DNA of 59,616 bases, the filler included, from Nemertoderma westbladi (Eukaryota > Animalia > Xenacoelomorpha): assembly GCA_032718475.1 (NCBI GenBank). It is 3 parts of 3 records of this genome, joined end to end, with 100 filler letters (N's around TTAATTAATTAA, not from the genome) between each part and the next. Parts side by side here need not be neighbours in the genome. Positions count along the whole stretch, not along the records: positions 25,506 to 49,791 come from JAUCBJ010001249.1; 2 more parts are not named here. One strand, given 5' to 3'. Shown in pieces: positions 25,506 to 37,910 of this stretch. Each line of letters starts with the position of its first letter. The first letter of the stretch is position 1. The notes under the pieces were generated by a model, which worked only from the letters and a program-made list of their open reading frames with translations, made no database searches and was not told the origin of the DNA. Both the position numbers and the translations under genes were made by a program.

Positions 25506-27937
25506 TGTGGAAGATGCCACTTGATGCTGTAGGTCCGAAATATAGGTGTTCCATGCGGTGTAATCCTTCATGTGTTTGGAATATTGCCTTTTCTTTGACC
25601 ATGGCATCTTTTTCATGACCATTTCTGAAAACAATTTAGCCTCCTTTAGTTCATGACGGATCTCCTGTGGTGTCTGTACATGGAATTTGGTGCGTTTCGT
25701 GCCGTGGTTTTGGGGAGTGTTGTCGATGTTCATTCATATTCCGCCAGATTTTTTGTCAGTTATTACGACGTTCATCACACAGTCATATGACTTTCTTGGG
25801 TCTACATCAGTGATGATCTTTTCATTACGGAGGAATTTGATGAGTTCGCTCACTTGGCCACGATAGTGTATGGGTATGGGGTGATGTCGGGGTTGTGTTG
25901 GTATAAAATTTGGGTCATAATCAAGGTGAATAGGTGTGGTGCTGAGTTTCCCTATCTTGTTATCAGTAAAGACTGCGCCCTTATGCTTTTCGACAACCAA
26001 CATTATTTCTGCCAATTTTCCAGGTGTAATTGTTGGTGATGGTGGCCGCTCTGTGAGAACCGTCATGTCAGACCTTCTCTGAGTTTTTGAGGGATGCGAT
26101 GTTGACTAGATATTTGATCTTTCTCTGTGATGGAGCAAACTCTGTTGGTGTCTCTACCGAATTTATTGTATGTTATAAATCCGAGATCTCTTGCATCATG
26201 GTCACTAAGGAGTGGTTCAGGTTGGAATCCATCAACTATGTATACATTGCTGATAATCGAGGCCCCCCTCTGTGTTGCTAAGGTGGTATTGATCATTCCC
26301 TTCACATTAAGATTAGAGTTGCTACCCCATGCTCGCAGGTTTGTTTTAGCCGGAACTACTCTCCCCATTGTTAGCGTGTAGTTGGATGGTGGAATTATTG
26401 TAAAATCGCTCCCAGTGTCGATGAATAGGTGCTGGACAACGCCCCCAATCTTGATATCCACCCATTTGGAATCCTCGGATATGTTTTTGAGTCTTCCAAC
26501 GAGAGATATCATTCTGAGGTCATGAGTTCATTCTGAACATACACCAGGCCAATCCGACATCTGTATTCGTGATATTTGTGTATTCATGGCTGTTTCACCA
26601 TAATTTATTGGAGTATCTGTGTTGTCTATATTATGTTTGTGTATTCTGTGAACCAGTTTGGGGCAAGCAGGTGTCCTGCTGAAGTGGTTGCGCCCTCCAC
26701 AAGTGAAACATTCTTTGCCATTTGCTGGGCATCTCCTAGGAGCATGGGCTCCTCCACAGTTGTGACACCCAGTCTGTTGATTGTCACTGAAATCTGACTG
26801 TCGATCTCGTATGTTCCTTGAACTGTAATTTCCTTGTCGTCTTAGCTTCATGACCCTAAGTGTTTCCATTATCTCGTCTATGTCATCATCATTTATGGCT
26901 TGCGCAGTTGTTGTTTCATTTTCAACCCGGCGTATTTGTGTACCATTGTCATCCAGGGTGTGTAGTCCCTCCCGACCTGTTTCCCTGGCCTGGCCCCATT
27001 TGAGAAGAGTATCTAGATTGGGGTCTTCAGCAAGGGCCTTTTCCTTTAGACGAGTGTCAGTTATGCCGAAAATTGCGGCATCTCGTACTGCATCGTTGTG
27101 GTTGTATGGATGTCCATCAAAGTTGAGAATGTACGTCTTTTTCTCCAAGTCGTTGATGAAATCCATCCAGTTGCGCTCGCCTTGTTTAGAGTTTAGTAAG
27201 TTATGCATTGCCATTGCCCTATTTACCAATCATCGAAGCTCTGCTTTTGTCTTTTCGATGACTTGAATATAGGTGTCCGCGGGAACAGCGATATGGTTTG
27301 GTGTGGCAGCAATTTCTTCGAATTGGACCTTAGCATGAGTCCGCATGAATTCAACTAATTCGGTTCCGCCCCATGATTTGATGAGTATGATTTTAGCCTT
27401 GTCGCCCATTGTGCCAATATGTCATTCTGTTCTCTACCTCTTCCAGCCAATCTTCGAATATCTTTAATCGGACCATTTTGTTCGAACCGAGCTCGCATTG
27501 TTTCATTGGTCCCAGTGCTGCTGGATCATTCCCGGAACTGGGTCATAGCGCTGATAGTAACGTTTTAAATTGGGCCTCAGTAAACGTTGCCATTTTGGAG
27601 AAATCAGTATCTTTATACAGTATCTGCAGTATTAGTGTAAAATTTGAATATTTACAGTATCTAGTATCTACAGTATCAATTTATTAACTCATCGCCAGTG
27701 TAATGTTTCAAAAGTTAGGTGTAATAAGTTGGCAAGGATTTAATAATAAAGTATCTTACATAAGGCTCAGCTCAATCAACCACCACCAAACTGATTACAG
27801 ATATATAACATTACTTAACCAATAAACAAAGGTCATACATGTTTACAACATGTTAAACAACAGACCACCACCAACTGGGTTATATTAAAAACCACAAAGG
27901 CTATACAAGTTTATATTGGGTGAGTATGGACATAACA
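25506..27937 (-). mobile_element. Ty3/gypsy (Mag/K02A2.6-like) LTR retrotransposon, 5' half
   Basis: 5' LTR 27937-27699 (TGTTATGT...ACATTACA); PBS TGGCGATGAG; gag with two CCHC knuckles (CHNCGGAH..CPA..CFTCGGRNH); protease IDTGS; RT N-terminus; stops and frameshifts. Confidence 0.9.
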
Positions 27938-29479
27938 CTTGTCATTGCTCCTAGTTCAACTCTGGATTGATGTAGGCGCTCTTGGTCAAATATAAATGGC
28001 TAAATGGCAACATAATTGTGATGCGTGACGTGCTATAGTGATATGTGATGTAGTCATATGTGACGTAGTGATATATTATACATACTACTCAGCAGTAGTC
28101 CATCTGCCAACGGACAGTCAAGTGTAGGGATGGGTATGTACCGGGTGTTCCATAATGATTCCCCCCCCCCCCCCCCCTGGCCAGCCAAAACTGCCAGACA
28201 CGCACCTTAGTATAATATATCATTCGAACGAGAATTTAATTCTGAGCTTGCATGCAAAAATTTAGGGTCCAATACAAAAGTATAAAAATTTTATAGGCAA
28301 TTCTTTAAACCTGTCTTACTTTTCAATAATTGGGATTTAATCACAATTAAAAAAAATATTAATCAAGCGTTAGTCATCAGCTTTGCAGGTTGCAGCCCTG
28401 TTTAAACAGTTATTACATTGTTGACATACATGGTTGATTCTGTCCCTTTCTCTTGGAATCAGCACAGGCAATGCTCTTGCCAGCATTGGTATTGGGTTTA
28501 GCCTTAATGAAGGATAATATTAATATGAAGGATAATAATGAAGATTAATAATAATTGAAGGATAAATCAAGGATTTACGAGTGTTTGTGGTTGTTGGTTT
28601 ACTGGTAGAATTTCCTCTTCCACCTGCTGCACCAGTGATAATAACCACACTTCCTTTATCCTTGGCCTTACGGCTGGTTTTCAAAGATAATGGTACCAGT
28701 AGTTGAGGTCCGCACGAGTAGTTAGATGAGGATGATGAAGCGGAAGATGAAGAGCTGAGTTTTGTAAGTTGTTGTATACCAACTGTACAATCTTAATTTG
28801 CATTGAGTTTAAAACAAAAATCAACTGGCTGCATTATTAGTATTATTATTATTCCTTTTAATGGATGACTAGCTCATATAGTTAAACATATGGAATTAAC
28901 AGTAAATTACAACACACACAATATGGATAGCTCAACAAATAATATTATAATTTTTATTTAATTATGAATTAAGTATACAGTAGAATAATCCGAAGTAGAC
29001 CTACTGTCTTACTAAGCACTAGCGTTATTCAACATAAATCAAATGAGAGATAGACCATTAATATAACATGTATTTCGGATCGCACATATAATAGAATTCC
29101 TAGAAACATCGATGCGTTTGAATAAACTTGATAAGAATTTATTTTGAATGTGAATAAACATAGGTAAGTTAAAAGTATCGAAAGCAGCAGACCTGGACAT
29201 ACTAGTTGTTTCATCGTTAGTCGACCTGGGTATATGGAAATATTCAGACAGTTATTATAAGTATAATTATAAGAATTGAACTAGAGTAATTGAGACGTGA
29301 CCACAACGCATTACAGTAGGTGTACACAATGCTCTAAAGAGTATTATTTCCACTGCATTACTACAATAACTGAAATTTCGCACCAAACAATTTCCCCAAG
29401 CATAAATACATTAAGTTTGTTTACGAATGTCGTAATCATTATTAGTTTAGAATTAGAAAATAATTCGAGTTTCTCATTG

Positions 29480-30045
29480 AGGGTGACATCTCGCCCCTGC
29501 CCTGGTGTGAACCCAGGAGGATGAGATCTGCATGTGCAGTGACTTTGATGAGTGGGAATTCCTGCCTAAATTCTGATATTGTCTGGTGTTTTTTGAGGAC
29601 AGAAAGTTTATATATCATACTTGCTTGCCAATCTCTAAATGCTATGAAGTCAGTAAGTACTTTGTCAAATTTGTCTCAAATACCAATGTCATCAACATAG
29701 CCAATTCTAAGGCAAGATTTCAAGAGTTTGAGCATGGGGGGGAGTCCAAGGCAGAATCCAAAGATAGCAACAGAGTCTTCTTGTGAAAGTCTTCATCAGA
29801 TTCCAAAACGTCATTACCATAGGATAAGAAGGTTGTATCCTCGTAACAAAGGCTCGATGCATCATATTGATGCATCACATTCAATGAAGTCAATGCACTG
29901 GAGCTTCACCACCTCCTGGGACACTGAACCCTAGTTGGAGTGTGGCAAATATGGTGGCAAATTTCTTAGAAGCTGAATCAGAAGCACACTTTGCGGTTAA
30001 ATGGCACCAGGTCTCTCCAACTGCTATGGGCCTGATCCCACCACA
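29480..30045 (-). mobile_element. Highly degraded CRE-clade RT fragment
   Basis: Minus translation LTAKCA...QLGFSVPGGGEAPVH and LSYGNDVLESDE resemble CRE RT motifs. Confidence 0.65.
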
Positions 30046-30193
30046 ATATTATATTATAACCAAATATATTATAAATTAAAATTATTACACAAAAATCTCC
30101 ACTTTGGGAAATTGCTATTATCCTTATTACTATTCGTTATGTAACCTGATATTGGATCAAATTCCGAGCTTCTAAAACAAAAATACAATGAAT

Positions 30194-30343
30194 TTAACTA
30201 ACAGATGGAAGCGGCCGAATTGACGATATTCTATCCTGAAGGTAAGGGTCGATTTCATTGGTTGTCGGGTAGTTACCAGGTCCGAGAATCTGGTGAATAC
30301 CATCAAAATCGTGTTCGTAAACAATCCAAGTGCCGCACTCAAT
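30194..30343 (-). CDS. Beta/gamma-crystallin domain gene, visible exon 5 (probable last coding exon)
   Basis: Acceptor ttccag; IECGTWIVYEHDFDG...PGNYP...QDRISSIRPL; phase 0 matches exon 4. Confidence 0.88.
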   Translation of the reverse strand: MECGTWIVYEHDFDGIHQILGPGNYPTTNEIDPYLQDRISSIRPLPSVS

Positions 30344-30776
30344 CTGGAATGTAAAATTGAAATAATATATCGAACCTGTATATCTATAGGGTAGGAAATT
30401 CTGTGTATCAATTGTGTAGGACAACCTGAGTAACTATAGGGTAGGGCAACCTGTGTATCAAGGGTTAGACAAACTTGTCGATATTTAGTATATTATGCAT
30501 TTTGGTCCATAACTTTGCAGTGATAATAATTCATGCAGTAGAAATCAGGAAGCGCCTGTTGGAATTAATTACCTAAATTCTCCATGAATAAAATTATGAA
30601 GTGTGGTGATACATATTATTTTTGAAATTTTTTGTAACTTTATGTAATAATAATGTCAGAAATATTATTTCATTATATTATTTGACCAAACCATTAAATT
30701 TTTCACTAGAGAGGGTGCTAGTGGCCCCATGACGCAAGTCGTAAGACAGTATGAGTCAAGTGAAAGCTTTTTGTTC

Positions 30777-33700
30777 TGTAAGCGGATTCAATTCCACTTC
30801 ATTACCCACCAGAAAATGGGGCTAGTGGCATTTTAGCAATATGTTGGAGATACGAGATTACCAATATCAATCTCGTATCATAACCAACATTGGGGGGGGG
30901 GGGGGGGGACACAAGCCCCGAAGCCACATAGAAAGGAAGGTTAGAGGTCAAACCACCTCAGAGGGAACACAGCTAGTAGAGGCTAGCCGCGGGGGGGGGG
31001 GGGGGGGAAACACTCCCAGAGAGTGCCAAGGTGACAAGTAGTATATTAGCCAATAGAGGGGAGGGAAGCACATGATAGGGAACATCAAAGCATCCATTGG
31101 GTAGAAGGCCAAAGTAGAGTAAGAAGGTGAAGCAATATTCAATGTATTAGCCATATATATTATCTCAGATTGTTAGATTGTTAGATTAGTGCATCAGTTG
31201 TGTTATTCAGTTTAGGGCAGTACAGTCATAGTTATTGACCAACACCGCCGTACCGGTAACTATATTCAGTTATTCTGCAGTTTCTACATTGTGCTATTAT
31301 CGAACGTATTAACTAATAACGAGACAACAATAACTCTCATTGTTTTTACCCAACGGCCTCGGCCAAAGTTATTAGCACAATCCCCAAAGCAGAATGGTGA
31401 TGCGTACTCTAACTAAACCGGTCGGGATCTCTGATCCCGTCACAGTCAATAACTCCACCCAATTGTCAACATAAACTGTGACTGCAAGAAGGAGAGGAAA
31501 GATGGTGGAACAAAGGACGCCCCGAGCTTCAGAAGGAGAGAAGACGCCGCTGCGGACCCCGGACGATACCAACCAAACGATCCGTGAGGCTGCGACGAGA
31601 CGGTATCAGCCTGCCACGCCGGATTCGCCAACAAGGGACGATCTGGCTGCCCAAGCGGAGGGCGGCCGTCAACCACGAGCGGGAGACGAGTCGACACACG
31701 ACGGCGGTCGGAGTACCAAAGTCGCCGGCCAGCCACAGACCGAGGGCGACGGACGGCCCACCGGAACGGCGATGGTGGGGCTGCCGGTACGACGCCGAAT
31801 GAGGAGAGGGGGAGGAGTCAGCGAAGAGAATGTCGGGATGAGTGATTGGCTACGACGGGCCTACAACGCCGCCAAGAAGTTACTGAAGGAGGCCAGAGAG
31901 GGAGGAAAGGTAGACCAGCCTAAGTTACAACATAGGCTAGGTGAGTCAAACAAACACTTCCGATACTTCGTCCATTTTGGACAGGGAGAACTGGCGAGTG
32001 AGAGAGCGAGGGGGGTCACCACCGAAATGTTCGAACTGTGGCGATCCGGGGTTATGGAGCCTGAAGTAGTGTACGTAGGGCCTTACTTAGTGGATGCTAG
32101 GGGAATTAAGTTAGTGGGTTGGGCGGATCCGCACGAGGGCGAACCCGAGGTTAACCCCGAGGATTCGGTCTCGTCGGTTAGCAAGATCCCCAGAAAGTGG
32201 GGGAAAGTTAGTAGGACAGAGAGGCGACGGGAGTCCATCGCGACCGTGAAGGGCAAGAAGGGTGTTAGAGATAGATCTTGCGTGTCAACTAGACATGGTG
32301 GTGCTGGACCAGAAGGAGTTAGAGAGGCAGCTGGACGAGGGAACCGCATTATTAGAGAAAGAGAGAGAGTTAGCAAGGGAGTGTAAGGAGAGGGCTGAGA
32401 GGGTGGCGAGGAACTTTAGAGAGGGTGAGGAGAGAGAAATAAGGGAGGAGAAAGAGCGAGAAGCGAGAGAAGCGAACAAGCGCAATGAGTGAGAAGCGAG
32501 AGAGGCGAACGAGCGCAAAGAGTGAGAGGCAAGAGATGCAACGATAATTGAGAGAGAAACTAATGAGCGCAAGGAGCATGAGGCGAGGAGGGTCGAGAGG
32601 GTCGCAAGAGAGGCAGAATTAGCGAACCAGAGTCTACGAGAGGATAGAGAAACAGAGAGTGCGGGAAAGCGAATGCGGGATGATATACATGCCCGGTTAA
32701 GGGTGCTTATGCAATACCAGGCAAAGCAAAAGCGCCGATTAGAACTGGCACAGTTGGGATTATCAGAGAGTGAGTCCGGTTCGGGTAGTATTTACGAGGA
32801 GCCCGAAGTTATGGAAACGTTCATTAATACCCCACTTACAGGCACCGGACGACAGACCCAGGACTGGTGTAACCGTACGGGCAGGGGGGGGGGGATAATA
32901 ATAATACGTTAGAAGGAGTTAATATTAATAGTGCTGTAGTGGACAACCCTAATCAAACCTTCATTGCAGGAAATAATCTTTTACCTGGTAGTAATAATTT
33001 AAATTCAAATATACAAAATAATCCAAATAATAATTTAAATTCAAATATACAAAATAATCCAAATAATCCTAACTTAAATACACAAAATAATTCAAATAAT
33101 AATCATAATTCCGAACAAAATTGTTTAAATAATTTAATAATTTGGATAATAATATTATTGATAACAGTGCTATTAATACGAACGTAAGGGACACAGGTGG
33201 TCCGGCCAGTGAGAGCCTGCAAGGCCACATAGTTATGCAGGGAGTAGCGGGGGTGAGTCAACCCAACAGGAGCCTGCAAGGCCACGCAGTCGCACAGAGA
33301 GAGGTGGGGGTGAGTAGACCCAGCCGCAGTAGAGACAATGCGTCGACTAGAGAGGGGTGTAGAAGCGAAGTAGGAGGTAGTGAAGTAAGAAGTGGCAAGT
33401 GGGGGGGGGGGGGCTACGGGCGCCCCACCATGGGAGATTAGTGGCGAGAGGGGGGAGGGCAGAGAATGTCCCACAAGAGGGGCGTAGAAGCGAAGTAAGA
33501 AGTGGCATGGGGGGGGCTACGGGCGCCCCGCCACGGGAGATTAGTAGCAAGAGGGGGCAGGGGGCAGAGACTGTCCCACAGGCGTCGGCGGATAATACGC
33601 GGGGCGAGTTAGGTGAACCGCGGCACCCGATGACGGAGAATAGTAGGGGGATTGCGAGTATCCCCAGGAGCGTCCACCCGGGCAGAGAGAGAGATGTTGA

Positions 33701-34716
33701 CGCCGGGAGCGGGCGAGCGAGAAGACCCACTCCCGGCATCAACGTCAGTCGGAAGAGGGAAGAAGAACAGTGGAGTTTAACCAGGAGAATAGAAGAAGCG
33801 TTGCTACGAGCAGCCGGAGAGCGAGGACGGACAGCGAACCGTCGGTAGTAGAGATGGAGTTAGAGAGTCAGTGGGGTCGAACTCCGGGAGATTACTGTCG
33901 CCCCGGAGAGACGCAGCCTGGTGAGATATACCGCACACCAGGAGAAGGGTACAGGATGTACCAGTACGAGGACGAGGACAGAAGAGGGGATCGAAGAGAA
34001 ACTTCCCGACGGGATATAGCTGCCAATCGAGAATACGGTAGTCGCGGGGAGGACTTCTTGGAATATTCGTGAAGATTAAACTTCGGTCCGGAAGGACACA
34101 GGCAGACTGCAGGACATACTGTAGGCCTTACTGCACATACTATAGGCCATGCTGGAAGAGATAGTGTAGGCGATAGGGTAGCGCGAACAATGGGATTAGA
34201 CCCGGAAGTCGTGGCATACATACATACATGGTAGGTAGGCAAGAGGTGGATAGGCATATACCGGTACATGCACACCAGAGGCTAGAGGCTAGCAGCGGGG
34301 GGGGGGGGACACTCCCAGAGAGTGCCAAGGTGACAAGTAGTATATTAGCCAATAGAGGGGAGGGAAGCACATGCTAGGGAACAGCAAAGCATCCATTGGG
34401 TAGAAGGCCAAAGTAGAGTAAGAAGGTGAAGCAATATTCAATGTATTAGCCATATATATTATCTCAGATTGTTAGATTAGTGCATCAGTTGTGTTATTCA
34501 GTTTAGGGCAGTACGGTCATAGTTATTGACCGACACCGCCGTACCGGTACCGGTTATTCCGCAGTTTCTACATTGTGCTATTAACTAATAACCAGACAAC
34601 AATAACTCTCATTGTTTTTACCCAACGGCCTCGGTCAAAGTTATTAGCACGATCCCCGAAGCAGAACGGTGATGCTTACTCTAACTAAACCGGTCGGGAT
34701 CTCTGATCCCGTCACA
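30777..34716 (+). mobile_element. BEL/Pao LTR retrotransposon copy 1, internally deleted, 5-bp TSD
   Basis: 5' LTR 30777-31444 (TGT...ACA); 3' half of second LTR about 34278-34716; TSD TGTTC at 30772-76 and 34717-21; degraded gag-like coiled-coil region. Confidence 0.85.
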
Positions 34717-35867
34717 TGTTCTGTCTAATAAATTAGTGTAGTATAAGCAGAGGGCGGCCGACAACCACGAGGGAGAGACGAGTCGACGCACAACGGCGGT
34801 CGGAGTACCGAAGTCGCTGGCCAGCCACAGGCCGAGGGCGACGGACGGCCCACCGGAACGGCGACGGTGGGGCCGCCAGTACGATGCCGGAGTCAGCGAA
34901 GAGGACCTTCAGGATGAGTGATCGGCTACGATGGGCCTACTACACCACCAAGAAACTACTTAAGGAGGCCAAGGAAGGGAGAAAGGTAGACCAGCCAAAA
35001 CTATACCAGAGGGTAGGTGAGTCGAATAAACACTGTTGCTATTTAGTCCGTTTTGGACAGGGAGAACTGAAGAGTGAGTGAGCAAGGGGGGTTGCCATGG
35101 AACTGTTTGAATTGTGAAAAGGACTTCTTGGAATATTCGAGAAGATTAAACTTCGGTCCAGAGGGACACAGGCAGACTGCAGGACATACTGTAGGCCTTA
35201 CTGCACATACTATAGGCCATGCTGGAAGAGATAAGCGATAGGGTAGCGCGGACAATGGGATTAGATCCGAAAGTAGCGGCATACATACCGGTAAGTAGGC
35301 AAGAAGTGGATAGGCCTATACCAGTATCTGAACACCAGTATGACTATAATATGCAGGGATATAACATATACCCAGGGGAGGGGGGAGTTATTGCCAATAG
35401 GTGTGTGGGCCCTAATATGGTAACATCAACCCCAATACCAAATATAACACCGGTGGGGGGGGGGGACAGGGTGACATTCCCCATTACAATATCAGCAATA
35501 CACTCAACCGAGAACAAAAACCCAAACCTCTTGGACCAGAATTGATCATGCGATACAGAGATATGGAGGGGACCATAACCCCCAATGATATATCCAACAC
35601 AGAAGAGGTCGACAGGCCCGACGGACGAAACGCACCCAGCAACAGGAGAGTCTGTACAGCATCCATCGAGCCCATTAGAAGTACAGGCTGTGGGAATGGC
35701 AACACTTATCGATGCGCTTAAGACCAGGATCGAGCTGCCGCCAGTGGAGACGTTTAAATTCGATGGAAGCAGACTGGAAGAATACCTGCAATTAGAAAGA
35801 GAATGGTACTACTCGAAATAGTACCAGTGAGAATAACAGGAGAAGGCGGGCATCAGTTACAACATTA

Positions 35868-36884
35868 ATGTTGATCGATAGTGGAGCAGCGTTCATGTTA
35901 ACGGAGGATTGGGTGGCCGAAAAGATAGGGTTACGAACGAAGTCAAGCAAGATGGCGTTGACCACTATCTCGAGTAAAGACGAAGTCTTTAAGATGAGAA
36001 CAGGGCGTTGTAAGATAACAGCGGTAAATGGGGGAGAGTGGTGGCTCCCTGATTATGGGGCGACCATCGACCCCATTCAAATAGTACAATCGATTAATAA
36101 TAAAGCCAGGCGACCCACGAAGAGCGAGGTCAAACAATACCAGTACTTGGACAACATCGATTTCTCAATACCAGAACTGGACGTCCCGAAAGTATCTATC
36201 ATAGTCGGAATGGACTGCCCGACAGCCAACAGGAGGTTTTCCTGCCGATTTGGAGAAGATGGAGAGAGAGGCCCAATGGCGATTTCCACGCCATTTGGAT
36301 GGACACTCAGCGGCCCAATCAAGTCTAGAATTCCGTTCAACGTGTTGGAATCCTCAGGGTGCATGTTCCCAGGCACAATGAGAGAAGTGGAGGACGAGGG
36401 AGCAGAGGAGAAACCAGAAACAGGCAACGGAGAGAGATCACCGAAACAGTCGACACAAGGATTGCAAGTGATGCTCATACCAGGTGGCTCTGAGGGCGAT
36501 TTTGCAACAAAGAGACCAAGGGAGCAGGAGTGGTGGAAGGATACGGGTGGAAACCAAGGCGGAGAGGGGCACAGTGGATCTACCGGGCTACCGGATCCGG
36601 ATCCACTTCCAGCGAGGGAGAAGGATGACGACGAGTTCGGGGAGATGCCACCCATTGAGAGGATCGGCCACTCAGATACTGACTGGGTGGGCAGGAGAGT
36701 GGTGACGGCCAGCGGGGCGAGAGCCTTCTGGGATAAACCCGGCAAACGGGCCTGGGTGCACGAGGAGCCAGCGATGGATTTCGCGGGAGGCACGATCAAG
36801 CTGGGTGAGCAGCCAGGAACGGCACCACTTATAGTGTTTGGGGAGACAATGCCGAGGGCGGAGGAGAATGGGGAGTATGAATAA
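35868..36884 (+). CDS. BEL/Pao aspartic protease-containing ORF (TE-derived)
   Basis: DSG catalytic motif and GPMAISTPFGWTLSGP signature; ORF open for 338 aa. Confidence 0.7.
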   Translation: MLIDSGAAFMLTEDWVAEKIGLRTKSSKMALTTISSKDEVFKMRTGRCKITAVNGGEWWLPDYGATIDPIQIVQSINNKARRPTKSEVKQYQYLDNIDFSIPELDVPKVSIIVGMDCPTANRRFSCRFGEDGERGPMAISTPFGWTLSGPIKSRIPFNVLESSGCMFPGTMREVEDEGAEEKPETGNGERSPKQSTQGLQVMLIPGGSEGDFATKRPREQEWWKDTGGNQGGEGHSGSTGLPDPDPLPAREKDDDEFGEMPPIERIGHSDTDWVGRRVVTASGARAFWDKPGKRAWVHEEPAMDFAGGTIKLGEQPGTAPLIVFGETMPRAEENGEYE

Positions 36885-37671
36885 GACAGGGTGGAAATGG
36901 AGAGGATGTGGGAAGATTAGACCAGCAGAGAAGCCCATGATGAAACGTGACAAAGGAGCCAGGAACGTGGAAGAGGGCGTGTTGTACACACATAAGGGGG
37001 TGGCAGAGTGTGAAGGGGCATTAAATAGTAAGCCATTACGTGTACCGAAGGATGACCAGGGGTCATCGGGGGCTTTAATGCCGGCGCACATATTAAGGGG
37101 GAGGCCAGCAAAGATGGCATGTACCATTAAGGATGACATGAGGGGCGGCATTCTTCTGCCAGACGACGACAAGATGAAGGGTGGCATTTTGCCACCAGGG
37201 GACGACCACGAAGAGATTAGTAACATGACTTGATAGACCCGACTTAAGGGTGAAGGAGAAGGGAAGGTCAATTCCAAAAGAGTTGGAATTGAGAAGAAGA
37301 GTGGGGCGAAGATTAAGAGGACCTATAGGGGGGCAGTGGGATAATTGCCTGCTGGAAGAATCGCCCTTAGGTTGTTGAGTCGTCCAATATGTAATATGTT
37401 GGAGTGAGGGGGGTGGGATTGAGGGCTAGACACCCTTCTCACACATAAAATAAAATATAAATAATAAAAATAATAAATAAAATAAGACGTGAGATAGTAG
37501 AAAGTTAGAAAGTAATAGTAGTAGTTAGTTAGATAGTAGGTAGCACTAGTTAGAAGTTAGTAAGAGTTAGTAAGAAGTTAGAAGTTAGGGAGTGTGGTAT
37601 ATAGACATACCACAAGAGTAGTAGCAGGGTACATAGTGCCGAAGTAGCAGGGTACATAGTACCGAGAGAGT

Positions 37672-37910
37672 TAGAGGTTGTGGGCACTGAAAGCACCATG
37701 TAGAAAGAGAGTAGAGGGTATGGTATGTAGGTATACCATAGAAGTAGTAGCAGAGGGGTTGTGGGCACCGAAAGCGCCATGTAGAAAGAGAATAGAGGGT
37801 ATGGTATGTAGGTATACCATAGAAGTAGTAGCAGAGGGGTTGTGGGCACCGAAAGTGCCACGTAGAAAGAGAGTAGGGGGTATGGTATGTAGATATACCA
37901 TAGTAGCAGT
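37672..37910. repeat. 81-bp tandem repeat, about 3 copies, in the BEL 3' region
   Basis: GTAGAAAGAG at 37700, 37781 and 37862. Confidence 0.85.

Noticed and set aside
28380-28780. Ser/Thr/Lys-rich exon-like stretch on the minus strand
   Set aside because: No convincing splice pair or domain; probably a LINE ORF1 remnant
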